A DNA stretch of 34,007 nucleotides from a virus (taxonomy: Duplodnaviria > Caudoviricetes), in the IMG/VR virus record IMGVR_UViG_3300043438_001767, positions 1-34,007 of that record; one strand, given 5' to 3'. How positions within the stretch are numbered: position 1 is the stretch's first letter; the number at the start of each line of letters is the position of its first letter. The position numbers were made by a program, and so were the translations under genes. Shown here one piece after another: positions 16,296 through 25,633 of this stretch. Below the pieces are notes generated by a model that was not told the DNA's origin, did no database searches, and worked only from the letters and a program-made list of their open reading frames with translations.

Positions 16296-18688
16296 TCCCT
16301 CCAATCCTGAAAGTAACCGTCATCAAACTCTACATAGAAAACATCACCACCCATATTCTCAATTCGCCATTCTGTTGGTTCGGTGACACTATTATTATGA
16401 CTATTGTGTACACTATTATCCCATATGTATATCTTTTCTTCGAATAGTTTAGATAATATTAGTTCAGAATCTGAATGGTTAAACCCCATAGAAAATAAAT
16501 TATAAATGTATGGTGGTTTTAATTTAGCTGCCACCTTATCAATTAGGTCATCGGTAACTGATTCATTTATATCACCCCATGTATGTATCTGTAGATTCTC
16601 AATACCTTTATCGAAATCTGCCCAATCACCGTTAGGCCATTCTCTATAGGTTAGTTTACCGTTATTGTTATCCCTAACTTCAATAAATTGTTGGTAAAAA
16701 TCCAAATGTACTTCTTTACCAAAAACAACACTAAGTATTGTTGACCATTCAGATTGTGGTATACCTAAAGATTCTAAGTCAGAAAAATAAGGTGGATTGA
16801 TTAATTTTGAAATTTTATCGAAGAAAATTTTTTTTTTATCGATAGACTCGTTAACTAAATCATTTACCCCACCTTTTATAATCTGCCCATTACTAGTGAC
16901 TAAATTAACTTTTAAATTTACACCATTCTCTTCTCCCCACTGTTTAAATTCAATGGCGTGTGGTTCTCTATCTTCCCACATCTCAATTTCTTTAACATTA
17001 GGGAATCTATTTAATAAACTTTTAATGGTATTAATTTTACTGGATAAAGTATCTCCATTACCCTTATAGTGGTATTCATCAAAAGATATATTATGTAAAA
17101 GTAATAACTCCTCTATTTGTTCTGCCTGATGTGGTATTCTACCTGTTAACATTATAACTAAAGTATCTGGATTAGATTTCTCTTTTAGATAATCATTAAT
17201 AGTAGATTCTATTGGTTGTATATCGAATACTGAGTCATCCAAAGACTCATATTTACTCCACCATCCTATATGTGGGTACACTTTACCAGTAAATTCTTCC
17301 CATTGTTTCTTACCTTCTTCTGGATGTGGTGTATTCATTAATGTACCATCGAAGTCAAATATTGATATCTTGTTGATTAGATTATAACTTTCTTGTAGTA
17401 GTTTAACTTTTTTATTGAATCTGACACTTTCGAATAAATCTAATACACTACCTGAAACCCAATTAGTTAAATTTTCTATGGGTGTTATATGTGTTTGATC
17501 ATCGTATGTGAATTTAACTTTATTGTTTTTAAAGTCTATATCGCTAGTGTATAATGATACTATACCATTTCTAGACACATAATATTCACCTTGTGAAGTA
17601 TCAGTAATTTTTTTAAACCCTAACTTATTGAGTAAATCTAAAACATTTTTCCTATTCTGTATTAATTCTTCTAAGTCTATGTCTTCTGCCTCAGTAATTT
17701 TTTCTATTACCCACTCTAAAGATCTATTAAGTTCTGTTATTACATCTGCATATCCTTCATTGTCTAACCAAACATCGTAATATGTCCCTTCTAAATCAAC
17801 ATCAGTTTGTATTTCCGCATCTTTTAATTCGGAAAGATTAAGTAGATTTTTTTCTTTAACTATTTCTATTAATTCATCATATGGTATTTCTATACAGTAA
17901 TTACCAAAACTACAACTAGTTTTATTAGTATCATATTTAATTTCATTTGTATATGTTTCCCTCACATTATTTTGTCTAGCCCTAGTTACCCCAATACTCA
18001 TCTCACCTATATAGTCATCCACAACTCTTTCGTAGTATTCTTTAGGTAGAACTTTTCCTAAAAAGTCGTTAACTTCAGACTCCTCTATCCTTTTATCATC
18101 TTTTCCTGGCCATTCAGATAACCCTGACATTATCGCTAAAGTTTCTAAATGTTCTACCGTTTCATCATTGGTGTGGACATAATTAAACTCATCAGAATCT
18201 ATTTCTTCATAGGAGTCACTATACGAACTAAACGCCTCATAATATTTCCATAAATCATCCTCATGTAATCCAGAAAAATATTTTTCCCACTCATCTCTAT
18301 CTAAATTTATTTTTACTGAATCACTTTCAAAATCTAAACAAGGTGTTTTATAGGTTCCACATAGATTAAACCACTCACCAACCAATGCATCTAATTTTTT
18401 ACTATCATTATCATATAATTCATCTATATATTCACTTACGGGAGTATTTAATAAAGTTAAATTATTTATAAAATTAAGTAGTGATCCCTCTCTATCTACC
18501 TCAATTGTTTCATAGTCACCTGCACCTTTATTATAATACCATAACCTGTATAAGTCTAATACCTCAGTTTTATCTAACCCAAATTCGTCTCTAAGTATTT
18601 TAAATACTTGATCCTTATTTGTAATATCCCCAATTTTTTTATCTAAGTAGGAGAGTATTTTTACCTCAAATTTTGTAAGTTTGTCCAT
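16292..18688 (-). CDS. Multidomain protein: shared N-terminal module, acidic body, HAD phosphatase domain, two PPY repeats
   Basis: IFDFDGTL, MLTGR and WEDR HAD motifs; domains separated by LFES/LQES/VNES/INES. Confidence 0.8.
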   Translation of the reverse strand: MDKLTKFEVKILSYLDKKIGDITNKDQVFKILRDEFGLDKTEVLDLYRLWYYNKGAGDYETIEVDREGSLLNFINNLTLLNTPVSEYIDELYDNDSKKLDALVGEWFNLCGTYKTPCLDFESDSVKINLDRDEWEKYFSGLHEDDLWKYYEAFSSYSDSYEEIDSDEFNYVHTNDETVEHLETLAIMSGLSEWPGKDDKRIEESEVNDFLGKVLPKEYYERVVDDYIGEMSIGVTRARQNNVRETYTNEIKYDTNKTSCSFGNYCIEIPYDELIEIVKEKNLLNLSELKDAEIQTDVDLEGTYYDVWLDNEGYADVITELNRSLEWVIEKITEAEDIDLEELIQNRKNVLDLLNKLGFKKITDTSQGEYYVSRNGIVSLYTSDIDFKNNKVKFTYDDQTHITPIENLTNWVSGSVLDLFESVRFNKKVKLLQESYNLINKISIFDFDGTLMNTPHPEEGKKQWEEFTGKVYPHIGWWSKYESLDDSVFDIQPIESTINDYLKEKSNPDTLVIMLTGRIPHQAEQIEELLLLHNISFDEYHYKGNGDTLSSKINTIKSLLNRFPNVKEIEMWEDREPHAIEFKQWGEENGVNLKVNLVTSNGQIIKGGVNDLVNESIDKKKIFFDKISKLINPPYFSDLESLGIPQSEWSTILSVVFGKEVHLDFYQQFIEVRDNNNGKLTYREWPNGDWADFDKGIENLQIHTWGDINESVTDDLIDKVAAKLKPPYIYNLFSMGFNHSDSELILSKLFEEKIYIWDNSVHNSHNNSVTEPTEWRIENMGGDVFYVEFDDGYFQDWRD

Positions 18689-18704
18689 ATTAATAAATAT
18701 ATGA

Positions 18705-18712
18705 AATAAATA
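18705..18712 (-). promoter_or_regulatory. Putative late promoter motif TATTTATT (second copy at 18692-18699)
   Basis: Two tandem copies upstream of the 798-aa gene. Confidence 0.5.
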
Positions 18713-18733
18713 TTAAAAAAAAATAGTAAAATG

Positions 18734-18765
18734 TTTGGCAGTTTGGAAAAAGATCCCTAAATTTG
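18734..18765 (+). promoter_or_regulatory. Bacteroidota primary-sigma promoter
   Basis: TTTG 18734-18737, 20-nt spacer, TAAATTTG 18758-18765; TTTGGYAGTTTGG start shared with the promoter at 4478. Confidence 0.8.
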
Positions 18766-18785
18766 TAGATATAAAACTAAAAGAT

Positions 18786-19580
18786 ATGAGTTACTTAAAT
18801 TTTAATGAGATTGGACAACGTTGTCCTTCGGCTTTGACACAAGAACCGTCAAACCATTTGTCGAACATTTATCGTTTCATTCCTACTACGGAAGTGATCG
18901 ATTTGTTAGGTGAGCAGGGTTGGTTACCCACACAGGCGATGCAAACTCGTTCTCGTAAGGGACATGAGTCAAAGATGCCATTTAAGAAACATATGTTACG
19001 TTTCAGAAATGAAAATAACATTAACATCTCCAGAGAGATTGGGGACACACACCCAGAAATACTTTTGACGAACTCACATGATGGTTCATCATCGTTTAAG
19101 TTTCACGTTGGTTTATTCCGTTTGGTGTGTTCTAATGGATTGGTTATTGCGGATAAGACTTTCGATGAGTTCCGTGTGATGCACAAAGGGTTTCAAAAAG
19201 AAGACATCCTTAAGGTTGTTAATATGACAACAGAAAAAATCCCTATGGTTGTGGGTAGAGTTCAGGATATGATGTCTAAAGAAATGTCTATGGCACAACA
19301 ATACGACTTCGCTAAGATGGTTGCAGACAACTATTGGGGTGAAGATAAAATGATTGATGTGAATCAAATGCTTAAGGTTCGTAGAATTGAGGACGCTGGT
19401 AGTGATTTGTGGAGTGTATTCAATAGAGTACAGGAGAATGTACTTCAAGGTGGAATCCTTACCATTACACCAAAAGATAACGGTAATCTTCGTAGATCTC
19501 GAAGTAGAGCAATCCGTTCAATCGATCAAAACATTGAAGTTAATAAAATGTTGTGGGGAATGTCAGAGTTAGTTTTGTAA
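18786..19580 (+). CDS. DUF932/DUF945-family protein
   Basis: Y.FIPT..VI, KHMLRFR, NSHDGSSS, GLFRLVCSNGL and DLWSVFNRVQEN motifs; start reassigned to ATG 18786, downstream of the promoter. Confidence 0.88.
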   Translation: MSYLNFNEIGQRCPSALTQEPSNHLSNIYRFIPTTEVIDLLGEQGWLPTQAMQTRSRKGHESKMPFKKHMLRFRNENNINISREIGDTHPEILLTNSHDGSSSFKFHVGLFRLVCSNGLVIADKTFDEFRVMHKGFQKEDILKVVNMTTEKIPMVVGRVQDMMSKEMSMAQQYDFAKMVADNYWGEDKMIDVNQMLKVRRIEDAGSDLWSVFNRVQENVLQGGILTITPKDNGNLRRSRSRAIRSIDQNIEVNKMLWGMSELVL

Positions 19581-19604
19581 TATATAGTTGTTTGTTTTGT
19601 TAAA

Positions 19605-19632
19605 GGTGGGGGATTTATCCCCCATTTTTTTT
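19605..19632 (+). terminator. Rho-independent terminator
   Basis: TGGGGGA-TTTA-TCCCCCA followed by a T8 run. Confidence 0.85.
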
Positions 19633-19664
19633 GTCATTTATCCTGACTTTTACGAGGAAACATA

Positions 19665-19672
19665 TATTTATA
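19665..19672 (+). promoter_or_regulatory. Putative late promoter motif TATTTATA
   Basis: Between a terminator and ATG 19691. Confidence 0.55.
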
Positions 19673-19690
19673 ATAAAAAAGTTTGGAATT

Positions 19691-20290
19691 ATGATGGAGT
19701 TAATTATTGCTTTCATAACAGGTGTTATCAGCCCAATTACTATACTATTATTTAAAAATTGGTTGGATAAGAAAAAGAAACCTGATATGGTAGCAGATAC
19801 ACTAGAATTAGGTGAGGTTGTAACACATAAAATAGAAGAAATTAGAGAAGAAATAAGTGCCGATAGAGTTTGGTTGATACAGTTCCATAACGGAGGACAT
19901 TTTTATCCGACAGGTAAATCGATGGCAAAATTCTCAATGATATATGAAACAGTTAATATTCATGTAAGTTCCATACAAAATAATTTTCAAAATATACCCG
20001 TTAGTCTATTCTCAAAATCAATAAATGAACTATTAAAGAATAACATTATAGAGATAACCGATTTCAAAGACGAAACGATATCAACCTTTGGGTTAAAGTA
20101 TATTGCGGAAGAATCTAGTTGTAAATCAGGTTATTTATTCGCAATAAAAAGTATCGATGATAAGTTTATTGGTATATTAGGTGTAGACTATACAGGTGAG
20201 AAAACAAACCTTAGCGATGAAACCATCAATAGGTTATCAATTAAAGCAACATCAATTGGTGGTGTTTTAATGAATCATCTGAAAGGGTAA
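19691..20290 (+). CDS. N-terminal TM helix plus GAF-like domain protein
   Basis: Hydrophobic N-terminus, then ADRVWLIQFHNGG...KS...AI...FIGILGVDY GAF-like pattern; start reassigned to 19691/19694. Confidence 0.65.
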   Translation: MMELIIAFITGVISPITILLFKNWLDKKKKPDMVADTLELGEVVTHKIEEIREEISADRVWLIQFHNGGHFYPTGKSMAKFSMIYETVNIHVSSIQNNFQNIPVSLFSKSINELLKNNIIEITDFKDETISTFGLKYIAEESSCKSGYLFAIKSIDDKFIGILGVDYTGEKTNLSDETINRLSIKATSIGGVLMNHLKG

Positions 20291-20756
20291 ACCAATTAGG
20301 AACATCCCTATTTTTCCATTTAGCAAAATCCTTTTTAAAATCAATGTAATACTTCCTATATGAAAGTATAGGGTTATTATCTATTTTACATTCGTCAGGC
20401 ATTGCCAATTTAAAATCTGTGACAGTACCATTCTCTTTAATTTTGGGTATATTTAGAAGACACCATTCGATTATCTCTTGTGACTTATGTTTCTTACCAT
20501 AACGGTAAGTATATTCTTCACACAACTCTAAACCCAAATCACACAACCAAACATAGTTTTCTACACACTCCCTAGCCCAAATAGAGCAAGGGTGATTTTT
20601 ATGTGATAGTTTATAAGGTATTGTATATTGACTGTCAGTCATATGGTGAACACCACATAAAAGTTGGGCAGTCTCTAAAATCATTTTCACTACGTGTTTA
20701 TCACAGTGCATCTGTGCACACGACTTAGGGTTGTAATCTAAAACAAAAATATTCAT
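20241..20756 (-). CDS. Pyrimidine-dimer DNA glycosylase / endonuclease V-related protein
   Basis: MNIFVLD...A..HCDKHVVKMILETAQLL, H.NHPC..W, EYTYRYGK.H and AMPD motifs. Confidence 0.7.
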   Translation of the reverse strand: MNIFVLDYNPKSCAQMHCDKHVVKMILETAQLLCGVHHMTDSQYTIPYKLSHKNHPCSIWARECVENYVWLCDLGLELCEEYTYRYGKKHKSQEIIEWCLLNIPKIKENGTVTDFKLAMPDECKIDNNPILSYRKYYIDFKKDFAKWKNRDVPNWFTLSDDSLKHHQLMLL

Positions 20757-20758
20757 AG

Positions 20759-20968
20759 TTAAAAATTTACAATTTCTTCTTCTACTACACCATCGTTGAT
20801 TCTGTAGTAACTTCCAGTTTTCCTAATACCACCTTCTTTAATACCAATTAATCCTTCCCATTTTCCATCAGGAAATTTGCATAGGTAAAATTTTGTAAAT
20901 TGATCACCGTGTGTTTTTTCTAGGACAGTCTTTAATTCTAAAATTAATTCACTTACAGTCTTTTCCAT
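20759..20968 (-). CDS. Small hypothetical protein
   Basis: Packed against the downstream gene; TATTTATA on the minus strand at 20982-20989. Confidence 0.65.
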   Translation of the reverse strand: MEKTVSELILELKTVLEKTHGDQFTKFYLCKFPDGKWEGLIGIKEGGIRKTGSYYRINDGVVEEEIVNF

Positions 20969-21030
20969 AAAACATTTATCTTATAAATATTGCCAAATAT
21001 ACTATTATTTTTTAATAAAAGAAATGATTA

Positions 21031-21061
21031 TTGATTTTTTTAATAAAAATTTGTATTATTG
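21031..21061 (+). promoter_or_regulatory. Host-sigma promoter TTG-N20-TATTATTG
   Basis: Same spacing as the other copies; just upstream of ATG 21066. Confidence 0.55.
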
Positions 21062-21065
21062 TAAT

Positions 21066-21485
21066 ATGGAAAATGAAGGTATAACAAATTCAGTGATTAG
21101 ATTCATCAATAAAAATGGTGAACTAACCCCACAATACTTATCTGATATGAAAGAAAAAATATCAGTGTTGTGGGATTTAAGGGATAGAATTGATAATGCG
21201 TTAGATAGATTAAAAATTAATATAATAAAAAGTAGTACACATTTATTAATCGATAAAGTTCATAGAGGTGATATTGAAACTAGTTTAAAGATTTTGGAGA
21301 ATACTAGGGATAGATCAGTCTTCTATGATTTCATCACATTATTTGATGAGTTAGTAGTATTGAATGAACAGTATTTACAAAAGTATGAGAATGAATACTC
21401 AGACATTAAAGACATTAAAGATAATTTGGGGTTGAACGATTATAAATTATTCAAAATAATTAACGATATAAATTTGGATAAGTAA
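21066..21485 (+). CDS. Hypothetical protein
   Basis: Start reassigned to ATG 21066 (MENEGI) because of the promoter position. Confidence 0.6.
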   Translation: MENEGITNSVIRFINKNGELTPQYLSDMKEKISVLWDLRDRIDNALDRLKINIIKSSTHLLIDKVHRGDIETSLKILENTRDRSVFYDFITLFDELVVLNEQYLQKYENEYSDIKDIKDNLGLNDYKLFKIINDINLDK

Positions 21486-21504
21486 AATATTATTTCTATA
21501 TTTG
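21473..21504 (+). promoter_or_regulatory. Bacteroidota primary-sigma promoter
   Basis: TTTG 21473-21476, 20-nt spacer, TATATTTG 21497-21504. Confidence 0.8.
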
Positions 21505-21521
21505 TTTCAAATAAGACAATT

Positions 21522-21797
21522 ATGGAAAATAATCCTTTGAAAAGTGAAAGAGTAAAAAAGTTCCTAGAAAAGTTTTACCCTACCAAAGTCGATAGATTAG
21601 GGCTACCTTCCCTAATTACAGTTAATGATAAAGATCATTCGTTGACTTGTTCCATAGACAGAGTTTATTTAAAAATAACTATAATTGGTGAATTAATAAA
21701 AAATTTTGGTTATGATAAAGATCAGTCCAACACTATTGCGGAGTTTTATTGTGATGAAAAATATGATATCTATAAAAAAATATTATTATCATTATGA
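21522..21797 (+). CDS. Hypothetical protein
   Basis: First ORF of an overlapping operon. Confidence 0.6.
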   Translation: MENNPLKSERVKKFLEKFYPTKVDRLGLPSLITVNDKDHSLTCSIDRVYLKITIIGELIKNFGYDKDQSNTIAEFYCDEKYDIYKKILLSL

Positions 21798-22117
21798 GGG
21801 ATTTTTATTTTTCCAATGAAGAAGATGAGAAAGATTTTCTAAAAAATCAAAAATGGTTAATCCATACTTTGATTATAGAAGGTGTTAAGAAATCAATAAA
21901 GGATGGGTTAGATGAAATAGTTTTATTTAGGATTATAAACCCAGTTAGTAATTTTATTATGGTTTCTGAATTAAGGAAAGAGGATTGGGGGTCAAGTCTA
22001 ACCAAAAGTTTAGGGTATTTTGAATCCATTGAGGAGTATGAGATATGTTCAGACGTTAAAAAACTTTTAAAAACAATAAAAAATGGAAATAATAGATCTA
22101 ATGGAGGCAAAAAGTAA
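21794..22117 (+). CDS. Hypothetical protein with UVR-like C-terminal motif
   Basis: L.YFESIEEYEICS.VKKL resembles the UvrB/UvrC interaction motif. Confidence 0.55.
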   Translation: MRDFYFSNEEDEKDFLKNQKWLIHTLIIEGVKKSIKDGLDEIVLFRIINPVSNFIMVSELRKEDWGSSLTKSLGYFESIEEYEICSDVKKLLKTIKNGNNRSNGGKK

Positions 22118-22274
22118 ATGTGTTAAGGTTATTGAAAGTTGTGAAACTTTAGAACAACTTAAGGTTGCCAAAAAATATGTTGAACTTTACAACAAAAAGT
22201 ATGAAGACTTTTTGGGTTATAATATGTTAAATAGAAAAATAAAAGAAAATGAAGAGAGCATTAACTTACGATGA
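22083..22274 (+). CDS. Small hypothetical protein
   Basis: KVIESC.T.EQL..A.KY..LY pattern; overlaps both neighbours. Confidence 0.6.
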   Translation: MEIIDLMEAKSKCVKVIESCETLEQLKVAKKYVELYNKKYEDFLGYNMLNRKIKENEESINLR

Positions 22275-23319
22275 TATTCTGTTAGTACCTAAGTACTCGG
22301 AAATAGAAACTAGGTCTAGTATTAATTTAGCCACATTGGTTAGTAAAAGATATGGTTTATTACGACCTTATGTTGCATCTTGTATGGACACTGTATGTGA
22401 ATATCAGATGGCTATTAAGATGGTAGAATTAGGTGGTGTAGGTTGTATCCATAGATTTATGACTGTTGATGAACAATGTGAACAAGTGTCTAAAGTTTTG
22501 GAATATATAACTAATAACCATATGTATGAAGAATGGGGTGTTATGTATGATGATTGGCATTCAGAAATTGCTGATATTCCTGTTATGGTAGCGGTAGGTG
22601 TTAGTGAGTCTGACATTGAAAGGGCTAAACGATTGGTAAGTTGTGGGGCAAATATTATTCTGATTGATGTGGCTCACGGTCACCACATAAATGTTAAAAA
22701 TATGATAAAGTCTTTGAGGGAAACACTACCACCTAAAGTTGATATCATTGCAGGTAACATTTCTACTGAAGAATCGGCAATTGATTTATGTGAGTGGGGT
22801 GCGGATGGTTTAAGAGTTGGTATTGGTGGTGGTAGTTTGTGTACCACCAGAATTCAAACAGGACACGGTGTACCCAATATAACATCTATAATTGATTGTG
22901 TTCAGGGTTCTAAAGTACCTATTATGGCAGATGGTGGTATCAGAAGTAGTGGTGACATCGCAAAGGCATTATCAATAGGTGCAGATTGTGTAATGTTAGG
23001 TTCACTATTGGCTGGCACCAAAGAATCACCAGGTAAAATTATAACGAAAGGTGATGGACTTCTTTGTAAAAAATATAGAGGTTCCGCTAGTTTAGAAACT
23101 AAATCGTCTCACGGTCAATCAACAAAACACGTAGAAGGTGAGTCTACATTAATACCTTATAAAGGTAGTGTTGATATCATTATAGAGAAATTAACAGATG
23201 GTGTTAAGTCAGCACTTTCTTATAGTGGATCTCATACTATTAAAGACTTCCAAATAAAATCTGAGGTAGTTGAGATAACCCCTTCGGGTATGGTTGAGTC
23301 TAAACCTCATTTATTGTGA
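22249..23319 (+). CDS. IMP dehydrogenase / GMP reductase family enzyme (no CBS domains)
   Basis: [32 protein letters not shown] (catalytic Cys), ADGGI; guaB versus guaC not resolved. Confidence 0.92.
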   Translation: MKRALTYDDILLVPKYSEIETRSSINLATLVSKRYGLLRPYVASCMDTVCEYQMAIKMVELGGVGCIHRFMTVDEQCEQVSKVLEYITNNHMYEEWGVMYDDWHSEIADIPVMVAVGVSESDIERAKRLVSCGANIILIDVAHGHHINVKNMIKSLRETLPPKVDIIAGNISTEESAIDLCEWGADGLRVGIGGGSLCTTRIQTGHGVPNITSIIDCVQGSKVPIMADGGIRSSGDIAKALSIGADCVMLGSLLAGTKESPGKIITKGDGLLCKKYRGSASLETKSSHGQSTKHVEGESTLIPYKGSVDIIIEKLTDGVKSALSYSGSHTIKDFQIKSEVVEITPSGMVESKPHLL

Positions 23320-23705
23320 TAAAAAAATATCCTGACAATATAGTTTATAATGATGAGACTGGTAAATTTGATGCCAATCTAAAAAACTACCCAACAACAG
23401 TGGGATCACAAAAGTTTGATCCCATTGTTGTGGATAAAAGTGAGGGTATAAAAGCAGACAAGTATTTCAACAGTAGATTAACCGAATTAAAAAAAGAATA
23501 TGATTCATTAGTCAGTAAATACGTTGACACTAAATTAGTTTATGATTCCGATTACAACTTTCAACCAATAGTTGGTGAGACTTATCATCTTTATGAAAGA
23601 AAAAATGGTAATACATTTTTGAGTATGATATCACCAAATGATTGGAAACAAGAATATGTAGGTTCTTTTATTTTACTCAATAATGGAACTTGGGAAAAAT
23701 TATAA
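23316..23705 (+). CDS. DUF2452-like protein
   Basis: YNFQPIVGETYHLYER...FLSMISP..W. Confidence 0.65.
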   Translation: MIKKYPDNIVYNDETGKFDANLKNYPTTVGSQKFDPIVVDKSEGIKADKYFNSRLTELKKEYDSLVSKYVDTKLVYDSDYNFQPIVGETYHLYERKNGNTFLSMISPNDWKQEYVGSFILLNNGTWEKL

Positions 23706-24527
23706 TTCCTCTACATTAATTATTTTTACACCGACACCTTTATTCTTAAGTGTAATTTCTTCTTCGTGAGGATACAATATGTTATTAGATAATGTTTCCA
23801 TAACATCTACCATTAACTTTTCTGCAGACACAGTTAGTAGGAAAACCTTTTCACCCCTACAGTCTCCTGCAATACTACCTTTTCTATAATGGTTATTCTT
23901 AAGATTATGTTTATTTAAAGAATAGTGTGAACCCACTTTAGATAAATTTATTTCTTCTTCAGAATCAGAACAAATTATTCTGTATAAGATTAATGGTGAT
24001 TTTAAATTATTCAGATAAGAAACCAAATCTATTAAAGCCTCAACTGCATAATCATGATCATAACCCATATACTCATAATCTTCCATTAGTTTACTAATAT
24101 CGTTTTTAGATAATTTGTATTTACTAACATCAGATTCCATAGATTCATTTATTGTACTATCACCCATTAAAGTTTCATAATATTTTTTATATAATTTAGG
24201 GAAAAAATAGTATACCATAAAAATAGTTAACAATTCCCCATTATTATCGTTAGGTACGTTATATTCCTTTCTTAAACTATCAAATACTAATGCGGGTAAT
24301 TTATGAGATGCAGTTATCAATCTCTTCGAATCGAACCTTAATATATTTTGTAAATAATTCTGACTAACGTGTATAGACGTTCTATGACAACTACCATCAC
24401 GAAAACAAAAATTTAAAAAATCATCACCATCTAAAGAAGTATACTTATTTACTAATAAATCAGATAATTTTTCAAACAGTCTTTCGAACCCACTTTTTTT
24501 TACTATATCTATATAATCTATTCCCAA
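23700..24527 (-). CDS. Two-domain protein with putative ADP-ribosyltransferase-like C-terminal domain
   Basis: LYR...GSHYS...HEEEITL (R-S-E order) after an INES linker; TTG start uncertain. Confidence 0.5.
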   Translation of the reverse strand: MGIDYIDIVKKSGFERLFEKLSDLLVNKYTSLDGDDFLNFCFRDGSCHRTSIHVSQNYLQNILRFDSKRLITASHKLPALVFDSLRKEYNVPNDNNGELLTIFMVYYFFPKLYKKYYETLMGDSTINESMESDVSKYKLSKNDISKLMEDYEYMGYDHDYAVEALIDLVSYLNNLKSPLILYRIICSDSEEEINLSKVGSHYSLNKHNLKNNHYRKGSIAGDCRGEKVFLLTVSAEKLMVDVMETLSNNILYPHEEEITLKNKGVGVKIINVEEL

Positions 24528-24577
24528 AATACTTTATTTTATAAAAATAAATATCTATAATTGTAATAAAATTGTAG

Positions 24578-25159
24578 ATGGCAAAATTATATTTTAGGTA
24601 CTCAACGATGGGTGCTGGAAAATCATTAGACTTATTGAAAACTGCGTATAACTATGATGAGAGAGAAAAAAATGTAATTCTTTTCACATCTAGTTTAGAT
24701 AATAGACACGGAACTAAAAAAGTTGCATCACGTGTAGGTATAAGTAGAGAAGCCAATGTTTTTGATGAGACTACTAACATATTCCAATTTGTGGTAGAGA
24801 ACTGTTATGGTTGTGATTGTGTGTTAGTAGACGAGGCACAATTCTTAACTAAAGATCAAGTTTGGCAATTGACTAAGATTGTCGATGAATTAGATTGTGA
24901 TGTAATATCATACGGTTTAAGATCAGACTTTAAAGCAGAACCGTTTGAAGGATCAATTTATTTAATGACTTGGTCGGATGAGATAGAAGAGTTAAAAACT
25001 GTATGTAAATATGGGGATAAAGCCTCTATGAATATGAGACTTAATAATGATACGCCAGTTTTTGATGGTAACAAAGTTATGATAGGTGGTAATGATTCTT
25101 ACCTACCTGTCTGTAGAACACACTATAAAAAAATGAAAGAAAAATATGGAAATTCTTAA
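24578..25159 (+). CDS. tdk: Thymidine kinase
   Basis: YSTMGAGKS, VDEAQFL, YGLRSDF, F.GS and Y.PVCR.HY motifs. Confidence 0.95.
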   Translation: MAKLYFRYSTMGAGKSLDLLKTAYNYDEREKNVILFTSSLDNRHGTKKVASRVGISREANVFDETTNIFQFVVENCYGCDCVLVDEAQFLTKDQVWQLTKIVDELDCDVISYGLRSDFKAEPFEGSIYLMTWSDEIEELKTVCKYGDKASMNMRLNNDTPVFDGNKVMIGGNDSYLPVCRTHYKKMKEKYGNS

Positions 25160-25550
25160 CACACACCCGATTAAAAAATCCGACTTAGGATTTCATGGGA
25201 ACCTATTCGGGGGAAAATTATTGGCTTGGATAGATGCCTCTGCCGCAGGATATGCAATGCAATTATGTGATACACCTAGAATGGTGACAGTAAGTATTGA
25301 TCAATGTAATTTTGAACGTCCAGCCAAAGAAAGTCAGTTACTTAAGATATATGCAAAACCCACTAAAGTAGGTACAACATCTATGACTTTATATATGGAA
25401 GCCAGAGCACATAACGTTTATACAGGAAAACAAGATTTAGTTCTTAAGACAAACATAACCTTTGTTCAAATAGATGAAGGAGGTAACCCAATACCTTTAG
25501 GTGAGAAGGCTAAAAGGAGAATTGAGGATATTACTGTTAAAAGTAATTAA
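25146..25550 (+). CDS. Acyl-CoA thioesterase (hotdog fold, YciA-like)
   Basis: HGNLFGGKLLAWID, VTVSID...F..P, VGTTSM and TFVQIDE.G.P. Confidence 0.88.
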   Translation: MEILNTHPIKKSDLGFHGNLFGGKLLAWIDASAAGYAMQLCDTPRMVTVSIDQCNFERPAKESQLLKIYAKPTKVGTTSMTLYMEARAHNVYTGKQDLVLKTNITFVQIDEGGNPIPLGEKAKRRIEDITVKSN

Positions 25551-25579
25551 CATTTATTAAACATATTTTTTCAAATAAC

Positions 25580-25611
25580 TTTGTTTTTTAGGAAAAAAAA
25601 CTTTATATTTG
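25580..25611 (+). promoter_or_regulatory. Bacteroidota primary-sigma promoter
   Basis: TTTG 25580-25583, 20-nt spacer, TATATTTG 25604-25611. Confidence 0.8.
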
Positions 25612-25633
25612 TCTAAAAATAATAATAGTAGGT

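Noticed and set aside
20994-21001. Minus-strand TATATTTG as a Bacteroidota -7 element for 20759-20968
   Set aside because: No TTG at the 20-nt spacing seen in the other copies; the adjacent TATTTATA is the better candidate, though dual control is possible
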